From assembly GCA_965235115.1 (NCBI GenBank), contig OZ249437.1:35650001-35714000 (forward strand): a stretch of 64,000 bases of DNA. Direction: 5' to 3'. Shown here piece after piece: positions 37,771-50,764 of this stretch (position 1 is its first letter; the number at the start of each line of letters is the position of its first letter). The stretch comes from Laetmonice hystrix (taxonomy: Eukaryota). A program made the position numbers and the translations under genes. The notes below the pieces were generated by a model, which ran no database searches, was not told the DNA's origin, and worked only from the letters and a program-made list of their open reading frames with translations.

Positions 37771-38342
37771 CATTGATTTCTTGCCTCGAGGACGAGCTGA
37801 CTATGACTTTAAGGGCAGCGTTTATTTCCACATCAGGGACGGATTTCGACCTGGTTTTCAAACATCGCACATGATTATTGCTACTGTTGAAATGTCACAC
37901 AGTTCTTTTCAGCTATCAATAAGGCGAAAAAATGGTTGCCTACTTTGCCAAAACAAATAAAATTGGAAAACTATTTTGAAGGCACGAGAAGTTATTCTGT
38001 CTGAAAGAAAAGAAAAATAACGAACAGGGACAAAATACACAAATAGGAATGCTGCATACTCTCGCTCAGATATGAAAGAAACTTGCTTGTATTTTAAAGT
38101 CAGTTAATCGACAGAACCTTTGTAAAGAATATCCGAATACGTGTCAGCATTAGCATTCCCTATGCGAAACCGAGTTAAATGTAAATTCCATAAGTCCCTC
38201 AAGTCTTTAATCATCAAATCGTCCCTATTATCATGACATCTGCAGATGTATCCACAGACCCCTGATCAATGCCAGGCTCTTCAAATAACTCGTAAAAGAG
38301 TTCCTGTGTTGTATTGTTTATTTATCACTATATTTCTATATA

Positions 38343-39199
38343 TCGGGTGGATAAAAAAAAAAACGCCCCGAACTTTAAACTTTAATATTTCAATAACTTT
38401 GCATTATAATTCAATAAAATTTCTCTTAATATAACTTCATGATATTATCTCTTGTATGTTAAAGTTTCAGCTCAATAGCTTTGATATTAATCCCGTGGCG
38501 CTAAAAACAAAAATCAGTGTCGAAAAACACAATGCCGGAATTAGGTCAAATATCATGCAGCTGCCAGGTGTCCAATTTGACACCTGTTTGATGCACCGCA
38601 TTGTACCTTGGGTAAAAAAGTTTTCAATATTTAGTTTTTGCATGTTTTACAATATGTAAAATGTTGTGAACCACTAGATATAATAAATTATGTGCTATTC
38701 CTAGTACTTCTAGAGAAACCCAGATGTTTAATTTGCCAAACCCTACAGAGAAACTGCAACATTAGGACGATATGACTGTAACCAGAAGTTTAAGGGAAAT
38801 CGTATCATTATCACGTTTAGAAACACGTTCAGAACGCTGCTTATTTCCCAACAATGGGAAGATAATTCCCTATCAGAGATCAGGAAGTGCATTGGCGCAT
38901 GTAAAAAGAGACTGAGAGCAGTATGAAGTGAAAACGGGGGACCGATTGACCACCTACTCTAGTGTGAGGCAAGGGACTCTGGTGCGACTACCACTCACTT
39001 TAGCCCGGCATTGCGCTTTTGTACAATGATTTTTGTTTTTAGTGCTACGGAAATATTATCAAAGCTATTGAGTTGTAACATTAAAAACTGAGAGACAACA
39101 TCATGAAGTGATAGTAAGAAAAATTTCATTGAATTACAATCAATACCTTTTGAAATATTGGAGTTTAAAGTTCGGGGCGTTTTTTTTTTATCCACCCGA
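38343..39199. mobile_element. Tc1/mariner-type MITE with TA target duplication and ~200-bp imperfect TIRs
   Basis: TA|TCGGGTGGATAAAAAAAAAAACGCCCCGAACTTTAAAC on the left and GTTTAAAGTTCGGGGCGTTTTTTTTTTATCCACCCGA|TA on the right. Inverted similarity continues to ~38540 / ~39005. Confidence 0.85.
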
Positions 39200-42100
39200 T
39201 ATAATATATGCGTTGAAAAGAAATGAACCGTGCAACAACCACTGAATCCTCGAAGAAAAGAACTCCAGTTTGCGGAAATATTTCAAAACGAAACACTGAA
39301 ATCACATGGCAAAAAATAACTTCAATGTCGGCTTTGGGAAAACTGAATATAAATATGAATATTGCCCGTAGTTCGGAGCCAGACAGTTGGTACAGAGATA
39401 AGATAGCACACAGACAATGAGACTTTACTGACGTAATTGTATTTACTTATCTTCTGACACTCTTGACTAGTCAAGTGTTTTCAAATACGTTATACATTAT
39501 CAGAAATGTGATTTGGATAAGGAAAAGGGACAGAGAGTAAACTATAGCCCCTACCCACAGGCAAACCCACGGCTGGTTACTGCCTACAAATATACCAAAT
39601 ATGATACGTTTTTCAAGCAAAGAAAAAAGATCCCTGGAGTCGTCGAAGTTTGTTTACTGTAAATATGGAAATCGGTGTAGTAATATACGACTCCATGTTC
39701 TTTGTCTCGATCTACTTGTTTTTTTTCATGTGGACACGTTTGTCCTTGCCTGGGTATAAAGTCGGCCAGTTTGATGTGTTCCCTGAACTTTGGTTTACTC
39801 CCTACCTGTGTGTCCGACTATAGACTTGATGTTGTTGACCGTTTCACTATAGTATATCCTCTACCACTAGACAACACTACAGGAACTCGCCATGTGAAAC
39901 CTGTACGTGAGCAAGGAAATCAGGGCAGACGGACGGAAACCAAGCGAATTAAAAACACACGAACAGAGGAAGACAGCTCCTGCTAACGCCTGGTACATCC
40001 GGGCGATTATAAAAATCTTTAGTCCAGGCCCACACAACACAAAACCGGAATGAATTCCCAACAGATGTAAACAAATACGCCGGAGATCCTTCTTTTTTGT
40101 CGATCTCCGGCGTGTCTTTGCTTTGGCGATCTGCTCTTTCTTAATAAATCATTCCTTTAATAAAAAAAAAAGATCCTTGTGCAAAATGATCAGTTAAAAA
40201 CCAAACACCCAGACAGCTTCAACCCGTTCCTTCCTGTGGCTGTGTGTCTCAATTTTAATGGATATCTGGACGGATTTGATGAACAAGAGTCCTCAAATAT
40301 TTCTCTCAAGAACTTATGAGTTCTTGTTTCTTTCCATAATGGCATAGAAGATTCAGACCTAGCTATGCGTCCATAACTTTGCAGACAACAGCAATATTCT
40401 TCTAAAGGGGTGTAGTCTTCGATTACCGGAACAATAATTATGTCGACTGACTTTGTAACGTGCCTGTAATACTAAAGAACAAAAGACACACAGGCTAATT
40501 TTAACACACATAGTTGCGAGCCGGCGCGTGAGGAGACGCCACAATAAGCTGCGGCTTCATATAAAAGCATCAATTTGCCTTTTCTTCCTTCTGCATTAAT
40601 GGCGTTGTCGGGTTCGATTGCGTGGCGAACCCCCGTCTTCAATCACACAGTGGCGCTGCGACTGGGGCACTGAGGCTTTGGGTGTCGGGCTAGAGTTGAA
40701 AGGAAGGTTTCTCTTCTGAAGGAGTCGAGACAAGCCGCTGTCCTCGGAGATCAATAATGCCTGGTCAAGAGAACCCAGCATGCCGGAAGGAAACATTAAT
40801 TTGATGGTGTAACAAAGCGGCCACTCGGGGCGGGACTCTGCCAGGTTTAGCCGGTGACACTGAGGTTGTGTTTGGTAGGGGCGTGTAAACCGTGTACGAC
40901 ACTCCTATCTCAACTCCTAAAACAGACTAAATCAAACAATTGTCCGAGTCAGTTACAAGGTTCCCACTGTTGTTTCCAAGAAAGCAGTGCGTTTCAATAT
41001 CAAAAGATATCTTTGCCAAAGATGTCTTTTGGACTAGTGCTGTCTGGATGCCATTATAAGTGAAACGGAATAACACCCCCCCCCCCCCTCCAAGACAGGA
41101 AAATACTGGGACGGTTTCCAATACGACTGTACCTTAACCTGGCATTTCCCAGCTGACCTCATGCATGTCTGGAATACGATTATCAGTGGACCTTCGTCTT
41201 TGTGGTGGATCTATTGTTATCCCCCTAGCGGCTGCTGTAGACACCACCGCCGGCCGGGGCTGCAAGGGTTCAAGCCTGTACCACTGTGTGAACGGCTGAC
41301 AGGGTCCAGCTGATTTCCCCACCCCGTCACGCCTAACCTAATAGTTCAGCCATTTCTACCTACCATTATCTCAATCATCATTATTTACTCTGCTTAGCAC
41401 ACAAAGTCCGTGCACTGGGGACTGGGAGGCTGCGCCGAATTAGGAACTAACACAACTCGGGGTTGAATGAAGGTCGTGAATTGTCACACGCCTGGCGTTT
41501 GGAGGGTTGGCAAGAAGTAGCTGATTCATACAGCCCCGCCATTGCCTTATTTAAGCTAATCAACCTAGCCCCGTCAATAGTCCGCTGACAGTGGCTCTCC
41601 ATTGTGCTCCCGGCCTAATCAGATGGACGACCATCCGCCGCAGAAAATTCCATTTTCTTGCCTTGCTCGGGCAGAGAAGGTTCGGCACCAAATGGGGCCA
41701 GCTGGCTGGTAGCAGTGGTGACTTGGTGGAATGGTAGTGTGACGGGGCGCGTGTGAAGCCGGCTCCGGCAGCGGTCCTACCGGATTAGTCCTGGCTCTGA
41801 CCCCCAGCCGGCAGACTGGAACATCGGCTGTCCTCACCGAATCCTGACGGCCCCTACATCCCGCCTTCACTCGCATTCATTACGTTGCCGGACTGTCAGG
41901 CGAAGATTTCAGACCTAATGGAGGAAATGTCTCCCTGACATGGCCTGCCTTTCTTAAAACACGTCCACCAAGGAATAGGATGGACAGGTAAGTGGAGGAA
42001 GAGGCCGCCGCCTTTAATACGTCGTTGGTACTGGTACCTGGTTCCCAACCTTCAGTCGATTCGGTCAATTCTCTTTTTTCAGAGCCTTAGGCAAGGGCAA

Positions 42101-45100
42101 TCCCTGTCGTTCCGATCAGATGAACAACAAAACATGTTGGTTAAAAAAAGACAAGATTAAATTTAATTTTCTCCATTCCTCCGCGGGAACTAACCAAATT
42201 CTCCATTAGGATGGGAGAGTCTCCTCAGCCTCGAAACCCCTGTTCTAGAGTGAAGTGCTTCCTTGTCCGTATGGAATGACAGAAGGGAGAGGTGGCCATG
42301 AAATATTAACAAGGAACAGAGGTCATTTGGTACCGTTCCGCTGTCGGGTTGCTTTCACATCGGATTTGAACAACTTGAGGATAATCAGTCCTCATGGGAA
42401 CAGGATCCCGTTTAACTTCCTGTAAATGATTGCATCACCGTTAATCTTTTATGTTGTACTTCAAGGCAATGAATAATTCCTATACATCGCAACGTCTTTA
42501 CTGGTCAGCTTTTCAACGTTCCAGGGCTGATAGTCACTGGAACCTGTAGAGCAGCTGCACAAAGGACTAAAAAGGGTCCTCATCTCAGCAACAACTAAGA
42601 GGTGCATGGTTGTTTTCGCTTACAAACAAGGTATATTCTATTATGTTTACTAAATTCACATTACCGATATTTAATAAACAGACAAGGTGGCCATTAAACA
42701 AGAAGCAAGTCACTTTTTCTCTGCCTATAATTTATCATCCCTTGCACTGCCTTGGCAACCAACAGACTGCCTGGTGCGTCATTTATTTAGCTTCCATTCT
42801 GGGAATCCAGATATCGGTGTAAACCAATATTTCCAGCAGTCGGAAAGGTGCACTTAATACGAGTTTAGGCACCTCACGGCTCCAGCTGTCATACTTTGTA
42901 GATATAAGCACATACTTTATGAAGGAGCGGGCAAACACTTGTCTTGTGGCCAGAACAGTGCCACATGGCTTCCTTGGTAACTCTCAACAGTGAGCCAGTC
43001 GGCTCTCCTGTAACTAGGGCGGAATCTTGGGGCAAGCATAGCACTATGACCGATCATTGGGTTGACGGTGGCTAGACTTCATGGCTGTCTTGGTGATATG
43101 AACGGAGCCTATAAGTGTCTCTGTACTACACTGGCGCTGACGCCTGCGCAGAAAATGATATCACACAGCGTTTTTTTACCATGATCCAGTCTCCATATCA
43201 AATGTGATCGTCAATGTAACGCTTGACATAGCTTTCTTTAATAGGATAGTCAGACGTTTGTGCTTTCCTGAAGTGTTTTTTCTTTTTAAAAACGCACTTA
43301 TCATGACGCTAAGAATGCTGCTGCATAACAATTCTCACACTACCTCAATTGAAATGTGAAATTTTACATTCCTCTCAATGAATGAGTTTTTTTTCAAATT
43401 TGGCTTCATTTGATTATTTGGTCCTCCTGTGTAAACAAAACTTCGTGGCTAATTCTCATGCATGGCTTCCATCTGACTAATTTTCGAATGAAGATTGACC
43501 CCTTTTTAGGGCCAAATTTGGTTGGATTTGCCAAAGTAATTACAGGAAGCAGCTCACAGTGGCCACCGTAACAATCCCTCGTGAACGGTGGAATCAGTGT
43601 ACCGCTCGAGTAAGACAGCTTTATTCAAACCTTCACAATGCTATAAAAGAAGTTAGGAATCACCCACATCTTTGTCCCTAGCGTGAGCAATCTAGTATTG
43701 TACGTTTAGGGGGAGGGGGTAGGATCAAAGCCATTATCCAGACTAATACTCTGATGGAACATTTGCTGTGTCAGCAATGGTACGCATTGCTGTTTAACGT
43801 ATGATGCCTTTGTAAGATTCAATTATGTACTCTTGCGCTCACATTCCGTACATCGGAGAATCCTTTTGAACCCGGTGATCTCAGAGATCCCGTACCTCTT
43901 CATCATACACTTTGATGTCCTTCTCCTCAGATGCCGTCGTTTTGTTTTGTCGTACAAGCAAGTCCGATGATTCCTGTAAATGTGGTTAACATCGAAGATT
44001 ATTTCCTTTCATGGTTTTCTTTGGGAGTCTGTGTTCATAAAAAGCTACAGTCCATCACATATAAACATTGAATGCAGACCTTATACAACATTCATGGGCA
44101 CGCTAGACACTACCGAGCATTTAATGTCAGCCTCTGATGAGCTTTATGATGGATGTTCAACATGGGAGCCGTAAAGAGGGATGAATTACGACCTACGCTC
44201 TCTGTAATCAGGGGGGGGGGGGCTAGATATGTACTTACAGTGACGCACTGTATTTTTGGAATGTTTTCATAGGAGGTATTGGTTAAATTAATACCCTCGG
44301 CAGCGTCACAGCACTGGTTTATCACTATTCATTGAAAGGAACTGGTGTTTGTCGCCTCCAGGGGCACCGGGACGGCAACACGTCCTTGAATCATCCCAAT
44401 TCTATGTTTTTGTGTCTAAGTATAAAAGACCTGTATCAAGTATTTAAAAAAGGCTCGACCGTATTTACGATAAAACTACATTACCTTCGAGAATGAATAA
44501 ATGCCCGGTACATCTGGAACTGGGGTTCACTCTATGATTGACCTCACCTCCCCCTCTTCTCAAAAGAACCCCCCCCCCCCCCCAAAAAAAAAAAAAAAAC
44601 CATAAAAGCAGCGTAGATCCTATCTTGCAGTATAGTATAGATCTCAGACGACATGGTAGGGATGAGGTGTTGATGGAACGTCACTTGAAGTGGAGGCAGA
44701 ATCTCGGATTTGATTAAAGCACTCAGTACAATCGCTTTTTTACTTCAAAGAACCACAACGGCACCAATGCAATTCAAATACCTACATACTATCTTTTTTC
44801 TCCTCATGTAGCACCCTCTGGAAATGTAGCGTTCTTTGAGGCTTTAAGTGTTTGAGTGTCTTTCAACGATATCATAAAAAAAGTCCTGGCGTTTTTTCTA
44901 TCCCGGCCTTCTATTGTTGTATATTTATATCACGGCATACATATTTACTATAGTTGTCGGCGCTCGTAGGCCATTATGAAAACATATTCTCAAAGAAACT
45001 GGTGACAGTCATCAGATGTAAAGATTACCCGAAACTGGCGTCCACCGACGGCCCAATCCCAACTCGGCTCGAACATTCATACATCCTAATGAATGTAGTG

Positions 45101-45740
45101 TAGCGTTTCGTTCGGTGCAGACTCCCGGTTTGCTAATCAAGCATCGTGCTAATGGTGACAAGATGAAAAGGCAACCGCAGGCCAACTTATCATGGTTTAC
45201 CAACGAGCAGGAAGAACTGAAGTACCGCAAGGCATTTCCACATCACTGTCTTCCCCATCACTCCCGCCTACATTAGGGTTCAGTCAGTGTACCTCAAGGG
45301 TCTCCTGATGACCTCTTGACACCCACACGAGAGGCCTACATATCACTTCCTAACAGAAATCGGCAGCATGCAAGAACCTTAGACGTCCTGCTTCATACCC
45401 TATTGTGAGCTTAAACAAAGCACGTCCAGAAACCGCCAAGTAACAGTGCCAATGACAAAGTGTTTTTAGAAACACTACAGGCGAAGTTAGAATGATATCA
45501 GTAAACACAGATTTCAAAGCAAGAATGCAAACATTAATCTGTAAAAAGGCATGACTAAAGCAATCATATTGAGACCCAGGATAACATACGATCACGACCG
45601 TAACAGTCTCACTTTATCCAACAATGTCCTAAGTTAGGATCTATTGTAATATATACATAACGATTTAGGATCTAAAAACATGTGTATAGCGAGGCCACGA
45701 TGACCGACTGATTACAATTACATGTATGTGGTTCTTTTAA

Positions 45741-46268
45741 AGGGGCATATTATGAGGAAACGTTAAAAATCGGTATTTCATAGAACTTTTGCTGTTTTCA
45801 TAAAGAGATCCTTCATTAAAATTGCTTGGTAAACAAAGACAGACTTATCAGTTTCATTTTGCGTGAGAAATCGAAGTTTATTAAGCTCCCTTGCCCGCTT
45901 CTCTGCCGATTTCGTAAAATATTTTTTGGGTGGCATTCTAATGCCGGGCGATCGAGTGCCACTGCTGAATTGTTTACAACTAAGCAAAGCACATGACTAA
46001 GCACATGCAGAGAGTGCACACGCAGGATGTGACACAGTATGCAATTACACGGGTTGATGGGAGGTTGGCCGCCAAATTATGGCGGGAGATGTGCTATCGG
46101 GAGAAATCTATAGGTTTGGTCGTATAGAACCTACTTGTGCTGCATACGCAGTGAAGACACGTCGGAGGACAAAATGCTGTGGTAGGATTATTTACTTGGA
46201 TCCCTAGTACACGGTCATGTTGAATAATTGCCGGAAATCCTCAAAAACGTTTTTCATAGCATGCCCCT
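45741..46268. mobile_element. Kolobok-like MITE (528 bp) with TTAA target duplication
   Basis: TTAA at 45737-45740 and 46269-46272. TIR AGGGGCATATTATGAGGAAACG versus reverse complement of the right end AGGGGCATGCTATGAAAAACG. AG..CT (RR..YY) termini are typical of Kolobok. Confidence 0.75.
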
Positions 46269-47020
46269 TTAAATGCAACATGATACAGCCACGCCCAACC
46301 ACAAGCTTTTGAAAATCGGCCTCTAATAATAACGATTTCGGCCATTTCTATCTTGTTTAAGACGGTATAAAACTGCTTCAATCAGGGTTTCTATGACGTA
46401 CCCTCTGCCTGACATGAATTCGAGGGCAGACACTATTGTGACAGCAGGAAGAAATCGCCTTGAGTAAACAGTATAAAAGGTTTCCTCGAACTGAAATCTG
46501 ACCATCGCAATGGTAAGACGTCCACAAATACAAACTAATACTGGACGTACAACGCCATCTACCGGCAAGAAAATAAAACCCGTTCAATGAATGCACAAAG
46601 ATGGCGGACGAACGGGACCTTTTCCTAAGCGACGATGAACTCGTGCCCTGAGCTGCCCTCAGTCTGCATGTGGGAGGACTGCAGTCCGGGGAATGTGATT
46701 TGTGCGGGCGTATTGATGGCCGGATGACATAACAACGGTACAAGGTCACCACGAGGATCGCATTATATGCCGGGCACATATCGGAGCGGAAGCGGACGTG
46801 TGAATGTGATAAAAGTAACCAAATCGCGCCATTAGTGCCGGCAACATTTGCTGATTGCTCGCCTAAACTGCATTCATCCTTGTCTTACACGGCAATGAGC
46901 GACGGAACTGGACCAGATCCGTGTCTCCAAACACCTTTCATCTGATTATCATGGATACTCGAATCTATCCATTCAGAAGCCACATCCAACTCACTGATAT
47001 GCTACCTTACTGTCATACAG

Positions 47021-47478
47021 AGCTCAGGCACGTGTCACGCCGGCGTCATGCTTATACACAGCTCAGGCACGTGTCACGCCGGCGTCATACTCATACAAAC
47101 CTCAGGTACGTGTCACGCCTGTGTCATACCCATACAAAGCTCAGGCACGTGTCACGCCTGTGTCATACTCATACAAAGCTCAGGCACGTGTCACGCCGGC
47201 GTCATACCCATACAAAGCTCAGGCACGTGTCACGCCGGCGTCATACTCATACAAAGCTCAGGCACGTGTCACGCCGGCGTCATACCCATACAAAGCTCAG
47301 GCACGTGTCACGCCTGTGGCATACTCATACAAAGCTCAGGCACGTGTCACGCAAGCGTCATACCCATACAAAGCTCAGGCACGTGTCACGCCGGCGTCAT
47401 ACTCATACAAAGCTCAGGCACGTGTCACGCCTGTGCCATTATGCTCAGGCACGTGTCACGCCGGCGTCATACTCATAC
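47021..47478. repeat. Minisatellite, 39-bp unit, ~12 copies
   Basis: Unit GCTCAGGCACGTGTCACGCC(GGC/TGT)GTCATAC(T/C)CATACAAA. It is open in all three + frames, which explains ORFs 46921..47841, 47048..47482 and 47121..47552. Confidence 0.97.
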
Positions 47479-49682
47479 ATAACACATACAAGTTCCAGGT
47501 ACCCACTGTCAGACACACAGCTCAAAAGCAGTTCTCATTATTGTCATGCTAACAATGCCCTCGCATATTCCGCCCCATTGTCATCCTCATATAGAACCAA
47601 GGAAACCTATACGCTCATACTCAAACAATGTATTGTTCCACACTGGTGTTCAACGACTCAACGCCCCATTTCCCTACTGCATGCCAAGCGAGATTTGCCC
47701 GGTGTTTACTATTCAACACCTTCGTTTGGTATTGTACCTGCTTTGATGCAGAAAAATACCGGAACAACCCAACCTTTTCGTACTTTGACATTTCTACCGC
47801 CCTTTGCATTAATCCATCCTCATATATCCCATATATCGTGAAACATCAAAGGAGAGCTCTAACAAACCGGTGCCGCAGTAGTCTACATTCTTGCAGGCTG
47901 GAGAGTTTCCATCTTCTCGTTTGTTCATAACAGGAACAAAGCACTGCTAAAGACACGCCTCAAATCGGCTACTGTAAAGTTGTCGAAGATAGAGACAAAC
48001 AATACTGTGCTTAATGATAAGAAAGGGTCAGTCCCTTTGTGCAGTCGTCGTGCTGCATGTGGCCCAGTTGCTGATGATAATCAGCAGTCAATTTACACGT
48101 GGTGGAAGCTCATTCCGGCTGGCTTGTCCCGCTGAATAGAACCGTCTTCCCCCTCAGTTGGCAGGCGTCTTCATCAGAACATCTTTCCCAGGCACGACTC
48201 AAACTTGCGCGGTTTTCCCCATGTCTTGGCGCGCGGCGTTCTGGATACTATCCAAAGGAATGTTGTTACAGAGGAGGAATTTTAAGGTCCACTGACGGTT
48301 TTATTTGTTATGGTTTCATGAACACCGTCTGGCGATGGAAGGAACATCGGATGGTGGAGAACCCGTTTCTAATGTTCACTGTCCCAGCGGCTTTACGTTT
48401 GCTTACTAGACAGTGCAAGTTATACAGAGCCTGGTGTGTGATCAATTATCAATCTTTTGAAAACGATGACACCCCCCCCACCCCCACCCCCATTCCACCA
48501 TCCTTGATAAAACCAAGTAAGTGACACAGAACGGCTCTAGAATACAGTTCTGTATTTCCAGCAGGTGCTGGTTAGACGACGTCAACAACTTACAAGACAC
48601 AAGGTGCGCACTGTGTAACCAGAAACACAATACACAAGGTGCATACTATGTAACCAACCGTGCCAAGAAACCGTGATGAGAATAGTTCCCACTGTATTGG
48701 GTTTACGTGGCCCTCAGTTAAACAGTGGTAACACTGCCCGCTGTCCACCCACACGTACTGGCCTCTGGCCTCGTGAAGTCCGCCACCTTCAGTGTCGGCC
48801 GGCCTCCATTCAGTACGTCATACGTGACGTGGGCACAGGGCACCGTGCCCCAAGGTCACGTTAGGCAGGGACAATGGCTGCTATGGCGACAACACCGACA
48901 TGTTATAACAACTAAACACCCACTGACAGGCTTGCCTAGGTCGGATCTAACAGACCGATCCCTGTAGGCGGTCCTCCAGTACGTGCCGCTGGGAGGCTGT
49001 CCAGATGACAACAGGCGAGTATCGTCAGATGCCATCCCTACACGTACAGCGAAACCAGATCCTAGCATGAGCTTGGCACATGTCTGAGGCAGTCCGACAA
49101 CCTGAACCTACCATCTCTTCGCCACCAACATTAGCTGGGATAACTCGGACAATGTGCAAGCTGAAGCATGTACTACCAATACTGGCTTTTCTTCAGTCCT
49201 TCGGTTTATTGAGACGGAAATTGCCATTCAATCTATACTGACCTAAAAAGAGTTCCCTGTAAGGTTTCACAGACGAGTGAACAATAAATGGAACCAAAGA
49301 AATTCGTGACATTACAACAATCTGGTTGACTGTATAGTTGAAAATTCTACCTACACCTACACTACACTGCTGGGATATAACAAACAGTCACGCATTGAAT
49401 TATGGCCGTGACCAATGACATAGACAATCGGAAATATATAGAGTTACCACCTGTAGCAAGGTGGCTTACGCTACTAATCATTTTTTACTGAGAGAGAAAG
49501 ATACCGGACTACGATCAGAATCCCCCTCGTGCCTGGATAATAGAAAAATCGAGGCAATAATTCTAGATATCCCATAACGCGACGTCAGCGCCGCCCAGGC
49601 ACAAATGTCAAGAGCTTGACACTGCGACCTGTGAACCGCCGACAGACACCGCGACATCAAGCCCGTCAAGGTCGTTCTCTCA

Positions 49683-50012
49683 GATGCCCTGGCAGGTGAT
49701 GCCCTGGCAGGTGATGCCCTGGTAGGTGATGCCCTGGCAGGTGATGCCCGGGCAGGTGATGCCCTGGCAGGTGATGCCCGGGCAGGTGATGCCCTGGCAG
49801 GTGATGCCCTGGCAGGTGATGACCTGGCAGGTGATGACCTGGCAGGTGATGCCCTGGCAGGTGATGACCTGGCAGGTGATGCCCTGGCAGGTGATGACCT
49901 GTCAGGTGATGCCCTGGCAGGTGATGACCTGGCAGGTGATGCCCTGGCAGGTGATGCCCTGGCAGGTGATAACCTGGCAGGTGATGCCCTGGCAGGTGAT
50001 AACCTGGCATGT
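49683..50012. repeat. Minisatellite, 15-bp unit, ~22 copies
   Basis: Unit GATGCCCTGGCAGGT with variants GACCT, AACCT, GCCCG, GGTAGG and GTCAGG. Confidence 0.97.
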
Positions 50013-50666
50013 GACTGGCAGCAGAACACGGAACCGTTACCTGCGGCCTGCCCAGCATAGCGACATTAGAGCCCCTGAGGCACCACCTGGCTAATGCAAT
50101 GCAAGAACTGAAGAGACAAAAATCTCTTCACAACTCATTGAGAAACTCGAAATTGTGAAATAACATTTAGTTCAACTTTGCCTGATCGGCCAAACTTGGC
50201 CACGTTGCTTTTTTCAGAGAAAGGAACATTAAATTGTGTGCCTTCAATAACATTTATGGGTCCCACGTAAAACACGCCTTAAGAAGCCACCCTTGAAGTT
50301 GAACGAAAATCTTTACAAAAAAGTTCTTTAAATATTTGTGTAATTCTTTAAGATGTCTGAGTGCTCGGCTCCAGCCTTACAATGTTTTGGCGACGCGTGG
50401 TGGCCCAGGTTCTGAATTGCTAGAACCCCACAAGCGCTCACTCATCGGAGCAGCTTTGATGTGCCGTGTTTCATGCCTTCTCCAAATGGAATCTTCGTGT
50501 TCTAAGAACACTGAGAAGATAACTAGCAAGCAGGCCTTTTCCAAGGTTCCCTGTCGTTTGCCTAAAACTACCTGAAGTCTAATTTGCCCTTTCTTTGCAC
50601 TGTCTGTGATTATGACAAGTGCTGAACGCTTAATTATAGGACTTGTCGGGAGCGGAGGGCACGCGC

Positions 50667-50764
50667 TCCTACTCCAATGGTTTCACATGACGGGGGAGGA
50701 GACGGGGGAGGAGAATCCTGCTCCAATGGTTTCACATGACGGGGGAGGAGACGGGGGAGGAGAC
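50667..50764. repeat. Tandem duplication, 49 bp x2, with internal 12-bp GACGGGGGAGGA sub-repeat
   Basis: TCCT(A/G)CTCCAATGGTTTCACATGACGGGGGAGGAGACGGGGGAGGAGA at 50667 and 50716. Confidence 0.9.

Noticed and set aside
46921-47841. Longest ORF in the track (306 aa) as a gene
   Set aside because: Its length comes from read-through of the stop-free 39-bp repeat. The flanking residues show no recognisable domain, and it starts at a non-ATG codon.
49647-49685. Kinase-like HRDIKPVKVVLS on the + strand
   Set aside because: There are two stops just upstream, no catalytic Asn, and no DFG or other subdomains. It runs straight into the 15-bp repeat.
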